Assembly: GCA_027487625.1 (NCBI GenBank)
Contig: JAIYDG010000525.1
Location: forward strand, 1 to 58,570
DNA: 58,570 nucleotides
Direction: 5' to 3'
From: Bacteroidota bacterium
GTDB taxonomy: Bacteria; Bacteroidota; Bacteroidia; UKL13-3
In this document: positions 9,866-20,019 of the stretch, piece by piece
How the letters are laid out: the number at the start of each line of letters is the position of its first letter
How positions within the stretch are numbered: the first letter of the stretch is position 1
Made by a program: the position numbers and the translations under genes
The notes under the pieces: generated by a model
Told to the model about the DNA's origin: nothing
Database searches by the model: none
Seen by the model: the letters and a program-made list of their open reading frames with translations, nothing else

Positions 9866-11362
9866 TTAAAACTGCAAATATATCGGCATAACCTGTTCTG
9901 CAGTTTTTACCTGAGCTAACAAGAGGATAAAAACCACCAAAATTACCGCATAGGTTATATTAGGTAAACCAATAAATCTATGGCTAAATTCTTCTTCTTT
10001 TTTTAGGCTGATGAAATGCAATCCAAAGCCCATCAACATAACAAGTAAAACACTTTTATAAGTAGCAAAAAGTTCAGGCCATGCTGCCCATTGAAAATTG
10101 TTCCATATCTGATCCAATATCACCAATGCATCAGAAAAACTTGATGCTTTGAAGAATATCCAGGTGAAGCATACAAAATGAAAAGTGAATACAACTCCAA
10201 GAATATGCATGATTCTTTTTATAGTCGGATTTTCTTTTTGCTCACCTAGAAATTGCTCGGTTAAATACATCCTGATTTTATCAAAACCTAAGGCCAATCC
10301 GTGTAAAGCTCCCCAAAAGATGAATGTCCAGTTTGCTCCATGCCAGAATCCGCCAATCAACATTGTTATTGCCAAGTTGATATTCTGCCTGATTTTGCCA
10401 TGTTTGTTTCCACCTAAAGGAATATACAAATAATCTCTCAACCACGATGAAAGTGAGATATGCCAGCGTCTCCAGAATTCAGTGATATTGGCACTTTGAT
10501 AGGGTGATAAAAAGTTAATATTGATATCAAATCCCATCCATTTTCCAATACCAATTGCCATGTCTGAATAACCCGAAAAATCACAATAAATTACCAATGC
10601 ATATCCATAAACAGCCAACCAGCATTCTAATCCAATATGTTTTGATGGGTCGTCGAAAATGTACTGGACAAAGTTGACATAAATGTAATCTGATATCACA
10701 ACTTTTTTAAATAATCCTGCTATAATTAAATAAAATCCTTTGCCCAATGCCTCATTCGTTAATTTATATTCCTTACTGATTTGAGGTATAAAATCCGCAG
10801 CACGAACTATTGGTCCCATAATGAGTTTCGGGAAAAAGCTCAAAAAGAAAACATAATCCAAAAAGCTATTGATGGGTTTAAAATGTCCTCTGTAAACATC
10901 AACGGTATAAGAGATATTTTCGAATGTATAAAAGGAAATACCAATAGGTAAAATCAGGTTGAGTGGTTCAAATTCTCCGAGTTGGTAATCATTCATTATC
11001 CCAATAAAAAAATCGGTGTATTTAAAGTAGAATAACAAAGCCAGATTTATTACAATACTAAATATCAATAAAAGTTTCTTTTTGGTGGCATCCTTTTGTT
11101 CGTAAATCCATCGTGAGATATTAAAGTCCACAACCGCTGATATTAATACCAGTGCTACATAATAACCGCAAGCTTTATAGAAAAAATAGAGTGAAAATGC
11201 AGTAAAAAGCAAAACCCTTTTTTGTTTATCTTGATGAAAGTTCAAAAAGAGAAACAAAAATGCAAGCAGGAAGAACAAGAAGAAAGCACTGTTAAACAAA
11301 AGCGGGTCTTCTGGATTGTATAAAAGCTGTTCGAAGATTTTACTGAACTTAAATGTTTCCAT
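9866..11362 (-). CDS. MBOAT family O-acyltransferase (AlgI/PatA/DltB-like)
   Basis: 498 aa polytopic membrane protein with the MBOAT signature FWRRWHISLSSWLRDYLYIPLGGN and GGFWHGA. Its ATG overlaps the upstream SGNH gene stop by 1 nt (TAATG). Confidence 0.92.
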   Translation of the reverse strand: METFKFSKIFEQLLYNPEDPLLFNSAFFLFFLLAFLFLFLNFHQDKQKRVLLFTAFSLYFFYKACGYYVALVLISAVVDFNISRWIYEQKDATKKKLLLIFSIVINLALLFYFKYTDFFIGIMNDYQLGEFEPLNLILPIGISFYTFENISYTVDVYRGHFKPINSFLDYVFFLSFFPKLIMGPIVRAADFIPQISKEYKLTNEALGKGFYLIIAGLFKKVVISDYIYVNFVQYIFDDPSKHIGLECWLAVYGYALVIYCDFSGYSDMAIGIGKWMGFDININFLSPYQSANITEFWRRWHISLSSWLRDYLYIPLGGNKHGKIRQNINLAITMLIGGFWHGANWTFIFWGALHGLALGFDKIRMYLTEQFLGEQKENPTIKRIMHILGVVFTFHFVCFTWIFFKASSFSDALVILDQIWNNFQWAAWPELFATYKSVLLVMLMGFGLHFISLKKEEEFSHRFIGLPNITYAVILVVFILLLAQVKTAEQVMPIYLQF

Positions 11363-12567
11363 TAGGGTTGAAGTTTTTTAATGGCCTGAAACAATAGTTC
11401 TGCTTGTAAAACATATCCTTTTTTACTAAAATGTAAATGGTCGCGAGCCGCAAGTTCATTGTTCACCCAAAGTTTCATACTGTTTTCTCCTCCCATCACT
11501 TCATACATATTCCAACAAGCAATATTCTTTTCTTTACAGAAGTGCACAATCTGTTGTCCCATCCATTCAGCTTTTGGATTTGAAACAAAAATGGTACGTT
11601 TTTTCCTTTTTTTTCCTACTCTTTTCCTTCTGTCATTATCTGCAGGTGTTGTAAACAATAATGTTGCTTTAAGTGGTAATAAATAGTTGTAAAAATTAGT
11701 GAGGTAATTGTAGAAAGTTATGCTATCAATATTCGAAACACTTTCATTGGTTCCTAATGAAACTACAATTAATTCTGGTTTTAAAATTGATAGTTCTTGA
11801 AAGAAATTTTCTTGTGGAATATAGTCACTAAATTCAGCGCCATTTATGCCAATTGAATGGTAAAAAATGCCAGGATTTCTCTTCTTTAATAAGATTCCTT
11901 TTAACTCAAATTCAGCACTTGTTTTATCAAGTTGAAAATCTACCACTTCAACTGGAAAATCTGAAACAAAAGTAAGGTGATTCAATCCATTTATTATAGT
12001 ATCATTTACTATGCTTAAGAAGATTCCATAAGTATCAAGAATTCTTATTTTGGCTTCACCTTTATAGATAAGTTCCAGTTCCGAAAATCCTTTATTGATA
12101 GCACTTGAATCATCTTTAAACTTCAATTGAAAACCACAATTAGTTTTACTAAGCAAATTGAGTTGAATAGCAGGAATTCCAATATTGTCGAAGTCTTTTG
12201 CTTTTACAATTTTGAGGTTCGACCAAATGCAATTGTTTGCAGGAAATTTGGCATCAGAATGTCCGTTTGTTTTTGCAAATGCATAAGGAAAAACCAATCC
12301 TCTTCCTGCATTTCCATATTCGTTTTGGAACAATTTTCTCAGTTTTCCAGTAAAGAAATCAGCCTGAATATGAGAATCACCAATATGAACTACCGAATGT
12401 GCATTTAAATTATCAACTTGAATTTTCTTTAAAAAATCAATCAGATTTGCAGGATTTAAAATGATGTTTTTTTCTTGTTTGATAAAAGGGAATTCTGCTT
12501 GAGAAAAGCTATATGTTGCATGTAATAGAATGAGTATAAGAAATTTTAACTTTTTGTAAAATGGCAT
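11362..12567 (-). CDS. Secreted SGNH/GDSL-type hydrolase or O-acetyltransferase
   Basis: 401 aa with signal peptide MPFYKKLKFLILILLHATYSFSQA. SGNH blocks are I VVHIGDSHIQ, III SLGTNES and V DHLHFS. Translationally coupled to the MBOAT gene. Confidence 0.8.
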   Translation of the reverse strand: MPFYKKLKFLILILLHATYSFSQAEFPFIKQEKNIILNPANLIDFLKKIQVDNLNAHSVVHIGDSHIQADFFTGKLRKLFQNEYGNAGRGLVFPYAFAKTNGHSDAKFPANNCIWSNLKIVKAKDFDNIGIPAIQLNLLSKTNCGFQLKFKDDSSAINKGFSELELIYKGEAKIRILDTYGIFLSIVNDTIINGLNHLTFVSDFPVEVVDFQLDKTSAEFELKGILLKKRNPGIFYHSIGINGAEFSDYIPQENFFQELSILKPELIVVSLGTNESVSNIDSITFYNYLTNFYNYLLPLKATLLFTTPADNDRRKRVGKKRKKRTIFVSNPKAEWMGQQIVHFCKEKNIACWNMYEVMGGENSMKLWVNNELAARDHLHFSKKGYVLQAELLFQAIKKLQP

Positions 12568-12868
12568 AGCTTAGTTACATCTGGCATAAAGAATGTCATA
12601 AATGTAGGATAAAATATTTGAATGATAACCTACAAGCTTATCTTTATAATTCTAATTGTTTTGATTTTAAAGGATTTGGATTCATCCACAAATAACATAA
12701 TAATGGAAATTAAAATTGATTTTTTTTATTCAATTGATTCAATACATCATGAATAATCTATTTTTCAATTTGGTGATTAGCTTAATAATCTAGAAAAGAA
12801 GAAAATTTATTTTCAGAATAAAAATTGAAAGTCCTTCTTCATCTTAATAATGTTAAAATACTAAAAGC

Positions 12869-12906
12869 AAAAAAGCTCCCGAAGAATTATTTCGGAAGCT
12901 TTTTTT
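12869..12906 (-). terminator. Rho-independent terminator after the LruC gene
   Basis: A 9-bp stem (12875-12883 / 12891-12899) flanked by A6 and T7 runs. The single non-Watson-Crick position becomes a G.U wobble on the minus-strand transcript. It lies 14 nt downstream of the LruC stop. Confidence 0.7.
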
Positions 12907-12919
12907 AATTTCTTAAATA

Positions 12920-14923
12920 TCAATAAATGAAGTTATTATTTCTGTAACCTGATTTATTACTATACCAATCAGGGTAAGCAGTTCCGCCAGATTGAGCCCA
13001 TTGTGCAAAATATGTATAAGCACTTATGATGGGAGATTTTTCTGATGGATAATTAAATCTATCAGGAAAGTTTAATGCAAAAGGTAAATTACCAGTTGTT
13101 TTATAATACCTTCCACTTGATGGAATTGAATTATCGGATTTTGTTCCAAGAACAGATAAATTGGCTAACTCAGTTGGCGACATATTTGGTAAATGTACCT
13201 CATAACCTCGGCCTTTACCAGGTTCATTCACAAAAATAAATGGATTAAATGCTCCCAATGTGATTGATTTTGCTCCATTAAAAGTAGCATTAAAGCTTAC
13301 TGTATCTGTTGAATTGTATGCAGTTCCTTTAAAGGTATTGTAGTTAGGTATTTTTGCTTTTGTATTAGCAAAAACTGATATAATGGCTTTGTTGGCGTTT
13401 TCTTCAAGAGCTAGGCCTGTTATGCTTGAAACTTCAGATTTGTTTAAAGGAATTTCTACAGAGAAACCATTCTTGTTCACTCCACCAGCTGCTCTTAAAG
13501 TAAACTTTCCACTTAAATCAACTAATTTATTTGTTGCATTTGCAGTAGCCTTATATTGATATGCTATCACTACATCATTGATGTCATAATCACCAGTACT
13601 AGGCCAATTGTCTTCGAATGCAACAGTTGCAAATGAATTTGAAGAAGGATAAAACACGGTAAACGCTTTGTTAATATCGTTAGGATATTCATCATAAGCA
13701 TCTAAAACTCCATCTTTGTCTTTGTCGGCCCCAGTTGCTTTTTCTGATTCAAGCACATTCGTTAAATCAATAGAAGAAACTGGATTTGAAGAGGTATAAA
13801 AAACACAATCATTAAAATCATTATCAGCACGTCCATCTCTATTTGTATCTTCAAAACCCATTATTATCCTTTGTGAGTTTTGGTCATATAGGAATGCTAA
13901 ATGTTCTTTATTAGAGGACGTACTTTCAGGATTAAAGTTTCTATTACTATAAAAATAGGTTGTATTTGGGTTAATATTTGTACCGTTATTCCAACCGTTT
14001 ACTGCTATTGCAAAACCAATTGAAGAATCTGCTCCAACTCTGCCAAGATATACTTTGTTTCCAGAGCTTAAACCTCCACCGTTGTTAAGGAAACGCGCAT
14101 TCGGAAACACTGCTATTAAAGAATCAATTGCAGCAACAGATGTAGGGGGATTTGAAGTTTTGTATTTATAGAAAAGTAAGCTGTTTCTATTGCCAGTTAT
14201 GCCGCTAACAAATGTAATCCATACATCACAAAGTGCAGTAAATTTTAAGTCCCTTTGTAAACCACTTGCTAGGTATTGCGAATGATAAACTGTAACAGGC
14301 CTTTGTTCGGGTAACGACGCATTTACATTGGCTAAAAATTGCCCATTTAGTTGGTCATTTGGTAAAGAAAGATAATTTGGAACTCCTCCATTTATACCGC
14401 TTGTATAGCTACCTAATCTGTAAGATATTCTTGAAAATGCTTTTCCAAAACTTATTTGATTTGTTTGTTTACCATCTTTTAAATAAGTTTTAATCATTTG
14501 TGGATTTTTGCCTCCAATTTGAAGTGCAGCTTTATTTCCAGAAATAGGCATTAGTATATCCGAAACCAATCCTACATATTTCGTTATAACATAAACTTCT
14601 TTAACATCAGTTGGAATCTCAATAGTAGATATAAATTTACCTTGTGTATCGGTAAATCCTCTTCCTAATTCAAATCCTCCATTTTCAATTGGCGCTGAAT
14701 ATACTTCAATTGGAACTCCACTTAATACATCATCATTATTTGCTAATGTATTGATTGTAATTTCTACAGGTCTTGTTGTTTCATAATTAAAAGAAGCCGG
14801 TACTACCAAATCACTCATATTACTAGGATTGTTATTGGTAGTTTTAGGATTATTTTCAACTTTTTGCAAACATGAACTTAAGCTGATAATAAAAGTTAAA
14901 CAAAGGATAAGATTCTTATACAT
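12920..14923 (-). CDS. LruC-domain (DUF4842-type) lipoprotein
   Basis: 667 aa. Lipobox LSSC. Signature motifs are GRADNDFNDCVF and AFEDNWPSTGDYDINDVVIAY, followed by NPFIFV and YEVHL. Confidence 0.8.
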   Translation of the reverse strand: MYKNLILCLTFIISLSSCLQKVENNPKTTNNNPSNMSDLVVPASFNYETTRPVEITINTLANNDDVLSGVPIEVYSAPIENGGFELGRGFTDTQGKFISTIEIPTDVKEVYVITKYVGLVSDILMPISGNKAALQIGGKNPQMIKTYLKDGKQTNQISFGKAFSRISYRLGSYTSGINGGVPNYLSLPNDQLNGQFLANVNASLPEQRPVTVYHSQYLASGLQRDLKFTALCDVWITFVSGITGNRNSLLFYKYKTSNPPTSVAAIDSLIAVFPNARFLNNGGGLSSGNKVYLGRVGADSSIGFAIAVNGWNNGTNINPNTTYFYSNRNFNPESTSSNKEHLAFLYDQNSQRIIMGFEDTNRDGRADNDFNDCVFYTSSNPVSSIDLTNVLESEKATGADKDKDGVLDAYDEYPNDINKAFTVFYPSSNSFATVAFEDNWPSTGDYDINDVVIAYQYKATANATNKLVDLSGKFTLRAAGGVNKNGFSVEIPLNKSEVSSITGLALEENANKAIISVFANTKAKIPNYNTFKGTAYNSTDTVSFNATFNGAKSITLGAFNPFIFVNEPGKGRGYEVHLPNMSPTELANLSVLGTKSDNSIPSSGRYYKTTGNLPFALNFPDRFNYPSEKSPIISAYTYFAQWAQSGGTAYPDWYSNKSGYRNNNFIY

Positions 14924-15063
14924 GGGATGATGGTTTTGACAGATTTATACAAAGATGAATCCAATTTGTAATTAATTGATAATGAATTAAAAAGTATTTT
15001 TAGTTCGTTCCAAAATGGGATTTTTAGTTTTTAAATAAGAAATAAATTATACAAACTATAAAA

Positions 15064-16416
15064 TTATTTAAATTGAGAATAAAACGATTTCATGATGGAT
15101 TGAGTAATAAGTCGGCCAACTTTTGCAGCCCCACTATTATTAAAATGGGTATAATCTTTATAAGCTAAAATTGGTTTTTTCTCTGCCCAGCGGGTTATAG
15201 TTCCTTCTCCACCCATGGTTTCATAAAGGTTTAAAAAGGCACAATCATTTTCAAAAGCTAGCTCTTTCTGAACTTTAATTAATGCAGCTACTCCTGGTGC
15301 AGTAACATATTTTCCATTTTTTCTATAAGCTTTATCAGCACTTCCTATCATCAAAATACAAGTATTTGGAAATTGTTTTCTTAGGTACTGAAGTGTTTTA
15401 CTCATGTTCTTTTTGTACCAGCTAAAATCAGTGTTTTCTGGCTTGTATAAAAGATTAGGGCCATAGTGTAAAACCAGCAAATCTAAACTTCTTTTTTCCT
15501 GCATAGATTTTATAAAATCAATACTCATTTTATTGAGTTCTAAACCTGAAATTCCTCTGAAAGAATAATTATCTAGTATCAATCCGGAATCACTTTCAAA
15601 AACACATCCATAAATGGGAGTTTTACTATCAGTATTAAAATTCAGTTTAATTTCTTTGCTTTTTTCTTTTGGGTTGATTTGAATCTGGTTAAAATCAGAA
15701 TTGCCTTCCAATGAATATCGAATTTCATTTTGGAAAACTGCATCCTTTTCTTGAGGTTTTCCGAACAAAAGATGAATGTTTTGAAAGCTATTTAAATGTT
15801 TTGATTTAACAGTTTGATACTTTACCCATGAATTGTGATTTGCATAGAAATTATGCCCTGAAAAAGGTAAAACTACTTTACTTTTTTTATCAAGAAAACT
15901 GATTTCTTTCCAGTCTTTAGAAAACTCATGTTTTATAGTTTGACGGAATCCAGCAACCACAGAAGTGATTGGAACAAAACCAACTCCATTACCTCCAAAA
16001 TAATCTTGTAATGCATCTCTTATATCGCAGGTAATCAAATCACCTTCAATCATAGAATCACCAAAATAACCAATCCTGATTTTCTTTCTTTTTTTTCTTT
16101 TTAAATCCTTTAGGTTACGGGCAAATTGTTGAATGCTATATTGTTTTTCGGTGTTTACTTCTGAAAGGATATTTCCGTTTTCAGAGCTAATTACTTTTTT
16201 ATTTTGTTGATGGGTTTTTGTTGAATCAGATTTTGTTTCAATAACTAAATGCTCTCTTTCTAAAGGTGATGTTTCTTTCAGTTCTGAAAATAAATCAAAG
16301 CGTTTTAAGCCAAACTCTTCAGAGAAAAACTTGGGGTTAACAATGGATAAAAAACTTAAAATTAAAACCGTATAAAGAATAATTTTGAACGGTCGGGAAT
16401 TAGGCAACGCAGACAT
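15064..16416 (-). CDS. Membrane-anchored SGNH/GDSL-type hydrolase
   Basis: 450 aa with an N-terminal TM segment (FKIILYTVLILSFLSIV). SGNH blocks are I GYFGDSMIEGD, III HYGPNLL and V DYTHFN. Confidence 0.78.
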   Translation of the reverse strand: MSALPNSRPFKIILYTVLILSFLSIVNPKFFSEEFGLKRFDLFSELKETSPLEREHLVIETKSDSTKTHQQNKKVISSENGNILSEVNTEKQYSIQQFARNLKDLKRKKRKKIRIGYFGDSMIEGDLITCDIRDALQDYFGGNGVGFVPITSVVAGFRQTIKHEFSKDWKEISFLDKKSKVVLPFSGHNFYANHNSWVKYQTVKSKHLNSFQNIHLLFGKPQEKDAVFQNEIRYSLEGNSDFNQIQINPKEKSKEIKLNFNTDSKTPIYGCVFESDSGLILDNYSFRGISGLELNKMSIDFIKSMQEKRSLDLLVLHYGPNLLYKPENTDFSWYKKNMSKTLQYLRKQFPNTCILMIGSADKAYRKNGKYVTAPGVAALIKVQKELAFENDCAFLNLYETMGGEGTITRWAEKKPILAYKDYTHFNNSGAAKVGRLITQSIMKSFYSQFK

Positions 16417-16422
16417 GTTTTT

Positions 16423-16914
16423 TTATATATTGTATCTGTCTAATCGGTATTTTTTAATTACTAACAAAATTCTTGTTACCCATTTTTTTCTTGCAGCAGC
16501 ATAAGTTCTGCTGATATGTTTAAGCCACAAAGCATCGGGTCTTCTATTTTTAAGTTTCGCATAATAATGTTTTGAACTAACAACTCTACAAAAGTCTCTA
16601 TATGATGCAGAATCTGATTCATATTGTTTGTAATGAGAACGATAAGGTATTCCATTTGCCCTTAATTGGTTTCTTCCAATAATGCCGAAATGGTTTTTCA
16701 AAAGAACACAATTTTTACTATTCCCAAAACCTGATTCTACAATAGCTACTCCTAAAATTACTGATGCAGGAATCCCTGTTTTCTTTTTTAAGTTCATGGC
16801 TACAGGTGCAAACGAATCTATGTATTGCTCAATAGTATACCTCCTGGCAAATAAATCGCCGGAAACTAGGCATAAAAAGAGGAGCAGAAATAGAATTTTT
16901 ACCTTTTGCAGCAT
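16423..16914 (-). CDS. Glucosaminidase (mannosyl-glycoprotein endo-beta-N-acetylglucosaminidase, FlgJ-C-like) domain protein
   Basis: 163 aa with a signal peptide. Motif block PASVILGVAIVESGFGNS followed by NHFGI. It lies 6 nt upstream of the SGNH gene. Confidence 0.8.
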   Translation of the reverse strand: MLQKVKILFLLLFLCLVSGDLFARRYTIEQYIDSFAPVAMNLKKKTGIPASVILGVAIVESGFGNSKNCVLLKNHFGIIGRNQLRANGIPYRSHYKQYESDSASYRDFCRVVSSKHYYAKLKNRRPDALWLKHISRTYAAARKKWVTRILLVIKKYRLDRYNI

Positions 16915-17013
16915 AATACAAAAAAATAAAGATAGCTAAATCGAACCGAGACTTAAAAAATAGTTTTCCAAGTCGCTGTTTATAATTCTGATAATCTAAG
17001 GCTTAGCTTATGT

Positions 17014-19875
17014 TTAAGCGGATTCTAATTCTTTGATAAGAAATTTTCCAGTATGACTTTTTTCTACAATTGCTACTTCTTCAGGAGTTCCGGTACAAAG
17101 AATTTCTCCTCCATATTTACCACCTTCTGGTCCCATATCAATAATATAATCTGCTACTTTGATGACATCTAAATTGTGTTCAATTACTAAAACGGTATTT
17201 CCTTTTTCCACTAGTTTTTGTAGAACATCCAATAGCACTCTTACATCTTCAAAATGTAAACCTGTAGTTGGTTCATCTAAAATATAAAAAGTATTTCCGG
17301 TATCTCTTTTGCTGAGTTCAGTTGCTAATTTAACCCTTTGTGCTTCACCACCACTTAATGTTGTTGAAGGTTGACCCAGTGTGATATAACCCAAACCAAC
17401 ATCATTTAATGCCGATATTTTTCTAAGAATTTGAGGTGTATTTTCGAAGAACTTCACCGCTTCTTCAATCGACATATCCAATACATCATTGATGCTTTTG
17501 CCTTTATATCTTACTTCTAAGGTTTCTCTGTTATAGCGTTTGCCATTGCATGTTTCGCATTTAACATAAACATCAGGCAGGAAATTCATTTCAATGCTTC
17601 TCATGCCACCACCCTGACAAGTTTCACATCTTCCACCTTTTACATTAAACGAAAAGCGACCTGGTTTGTAACCCCGAATTTTTGCTTCAGGTAAACTTGA
17701 AAATAAGTTTCTGATATCAGCAAAAACCTCCACATAAGTGGCAGGATTACTTCTTGGTGTTCTTCCAATCGGACTTTGATCTATATCAATTACTTTGTCA
17801 ATTAAATCCAATCCTTTTAAATCTTTGTATGCAAGTGGTTTTTGATGTGAGTTATAAAAATGCTGGCGTAAAATAGGGTAGAGGGTTTCGTTAATTAAAC
17901 TCGATTTTCCACTTCCACTCACACCACTTACACATATAAATGTTCCTAAAGGAAATTCTGCTGTTACATTTTTTAGGTTATTACCAGAAGCTCCTTTTAT
18001 GACTAATTTCTTCCCGTTTCCTTTCCTTCTTCCAGCTGGAATTTCGATTTTTCTTTTTCCATTTAAGTAATCGGCTGTCATCGAATCTTGTTTCATGATT
18101 TCGGCAAGATTTCCAGCTGCTGCAATATGTCCACCATGCACACCTGCGCCATGTCCCATGTCAAGAATATAATCGCTTTCTGCCATCATATCTTTGTCAT
18201 GCTCAACTACAATTACACTATTTCCAACATCTCTTAATTGTTTTAGAGAATCAATCAAACGCATATTATCTCTTTGGTGTAATCCAATGCTTGGTTCATC
18301 AAGAATATACAAAACACCAGTAAGTTGAGAACCAATTTGAGTTGCAAGTCTTATTCTTTGAGCTTCACCACCACTTAAAGTTTTAGAAGGAGAATGTAAA
18401 CTCAGGTAATCAATTCCAACACCCAATAAAAATCCAATTCTTCCTCGAATTTCTTTTAAGATTTCTGCAGCTATAATTTTTTGGCGTTCATCTAAATAAT
18501 CTTCAATATGATCAAACCATTCAGCCAATGCTTTTAGCTCCATTGAAGCTATCTGCGAGATATTCAAACCTCCAATTTTATAATGAAGTGCTTCTTGTTT
18601 TAACCTCGCTCCATGACATTCAGGACAATCCTGAATTTGCATGAATTCTTCAGCCCATTTAAAAACCGAATCAGCACTTTTTTCATGGTAATGTCGGGTA
18701 ATAAATGGCACTAAACCTTCCCAATTTGCAGTATAATTTTGAGTATATCCAGAACTATATTGATAGGGAATTACCAATGGTTCTTCTGAGCCATAAAAGA
18801 TGATATCAAGTGCTTCTCTTGATATTTTTTCAATGGGGTCTGCAAAGCTGAATTTATGTTTTTTACCTAATTCTCTTAATTGTAAAAATGTCCAATTATC
18901 TCTTGCTTCTCCTAAAGGAGTAATTGCTCCTTTGTTGATTGATAATTTTTTATCGGGAATGATTGCATTCTCATCTATAATACTTTTTACACCTAAACCA
19001 TCACAGGTTTTACAAGCCCCATAAGGAGAATTGAAGGAGAAAGTATTAGGTTGAGGTTCATCATAACTGATTCCTGAAACAGGATCCATTAAAAATTTCG
19101 AAAAATGAAAAGCTTTATTTGAATCAAGGTTTACCAAAACCAAAGTGCCTTTACCTGTTTTCAAAGCGCTTTTTACACTTTCCTGAATTCTGAAACGGGC
19201 ATCTTTTTTAGGTTCAATGCGATCGATTAATACTTCAATATCATGAATTTTGTATCTGTCAACCTGCATTTTCGGAGTGATATCTATTATTGCTCCATCA
19301 ATTCTAACTTTTGTATATCCTTGTTTTCTGATTTGTTCAAACAGCTCTCTGTAATGACCTTTTCTACCTTTAATTAATGGTGCAAGAATGGCTATTTTTT
19401 GTTGTTCAAATTGTTGAATGATTGAGGCAATGATTTGCTCTTCAGTCATTTTAATCATTTTTTCACCACTTACATGACTATATGCATCTGCCACACGTGC
19501 AAATAATAAACGCATAAAATCGTAAATTTCGGTAATGGTTCCAACAGTAGACCTTGGGTTTTTATTGACTGTTTTTTGTTCAATTGAAATTACTGGCGAC
19601 AATCCATTGATTTTATCTACATCAGGTCTTTCCATATTGCCGATAAATTGGCGGGCGTAGGCCGAAAAGCTTTCCATATACCTTCTTTGTCCTTCAGCAA
19701 AAATGGTATCAAATGCCAACGATGATTTTCCACTTCCACTCAAGCCGGTAATAGTAACCAGTTTGTTTCTTGGAATTTTAACATCGATGTTTTTTAAATT
19801 ATGCTCCCTAGCGCCTAATACTTCAATATATTCTTCAGGTTCAACAGGAATTTCAGTTTTTGCTTTTACGGCCAT
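17014..19875 (-). CDS. uvrA: Excinuclease ABC subunit A
   Basis: 953 aa. It has two ABC ATPase modules (GLSGSGKSSLAFDT and GVSGSGKSSL, each with LSGGEAQR), zinc-finger cysteines (CKTCDGLG, CETCQGGG...CETCNG) and a canonical UvrA N-terminus (EVLGAREHNLKNIDVKIPRNKL). Confidence 0.98.
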   Translation of the reverse strand: MAVKAKTEIPVEPEEYIEVLGAREHNLKNIDVKIPRNKLVTITGLSGSGKSSLAFDTIFAEGQRRYMESFSAYARQFIGNMERPDVDKINGLSPVISIEQKTVNKNPRSTVGTITEIYDFMRLLFARVADAYSHVSGEKMIKMTEEQIIASIIQQFEQQKIAILAPLIKGRKGHYRELFEQIRKQGYTKVRIDGAIIDITPKMQVDRYKIHDIEVLIDRIEPKKDARFRIQESVKSALKTGKGTLVLVNLDSNKAFHFSKFLMDPVSGISYDEPQPNTFSFNSPYGACKTCDGLGVKSIIDENAIIPDKKLSINKGAITPLGEARDNWTFLQLRELGKKHKFSFADPIEKISREALDIIFYGSEEPLVIPYQYSSGYTQNYTANWEGLVPFITRHYHEKSADSVFKWAEEFMQIQDCPECHGARLKQEALHYKIGGLNISQIASMELKALAEWFDHIEDYLDERQKIIAAEILKEIRGRIGFLLGVGIDYLSLHSPSKTLSGGEAQRIRLATQIGSQLTGVLYILDEPSIGLHQRDNMRLIDSLKQLRDVGNSVIVVEHDKDMMAESDYILDMGHGAGVHGGHIAAAGNLAEIMKQDSMTADYLNGKRKIEIPAGRRKGNGKKLVIKGASGNNLKNVTAEFPLGTFICVSGVSGSGKSSLINETLYPILRQHFYNSHQKPLAYKDLKGLDLIDKVIDIDQSPIGRTPRSNPATYVEVFADIRNLFSSLPEAKIRGYKPGRFSFNVKGGRCETCQGGGMRSIEMNFLPDVYVKCETCNGKRYNRETLEVRYKGKSINDVLDMSIEEAVKFFENTPQILRKISALNDVGLGYITLGQPSTTLSGGEAQRVKLATELSKRDTGNTFYILDEPTTGLHFEDVRVLLDVLQKLVEKGNTVLVIEHNLDVIKVADYIIDMGPEGGKYGGEILCTGTPEEVAIVEKSHTGKFLIKELESA

Positions 19876-20019
19876 GTTTTGTTTTCACTTTTTAAAAGTG
19901 GGTTTCGAAAATAATTTAATTTTAGGGTTTTCTTTTCTAAACTATTGGTTTAATCTGTTGAATAGATTTTTAAGTTACAAGCGAACTTTTGACCAAAATT
20001 TATTTTTAGGGTTTCTCGA

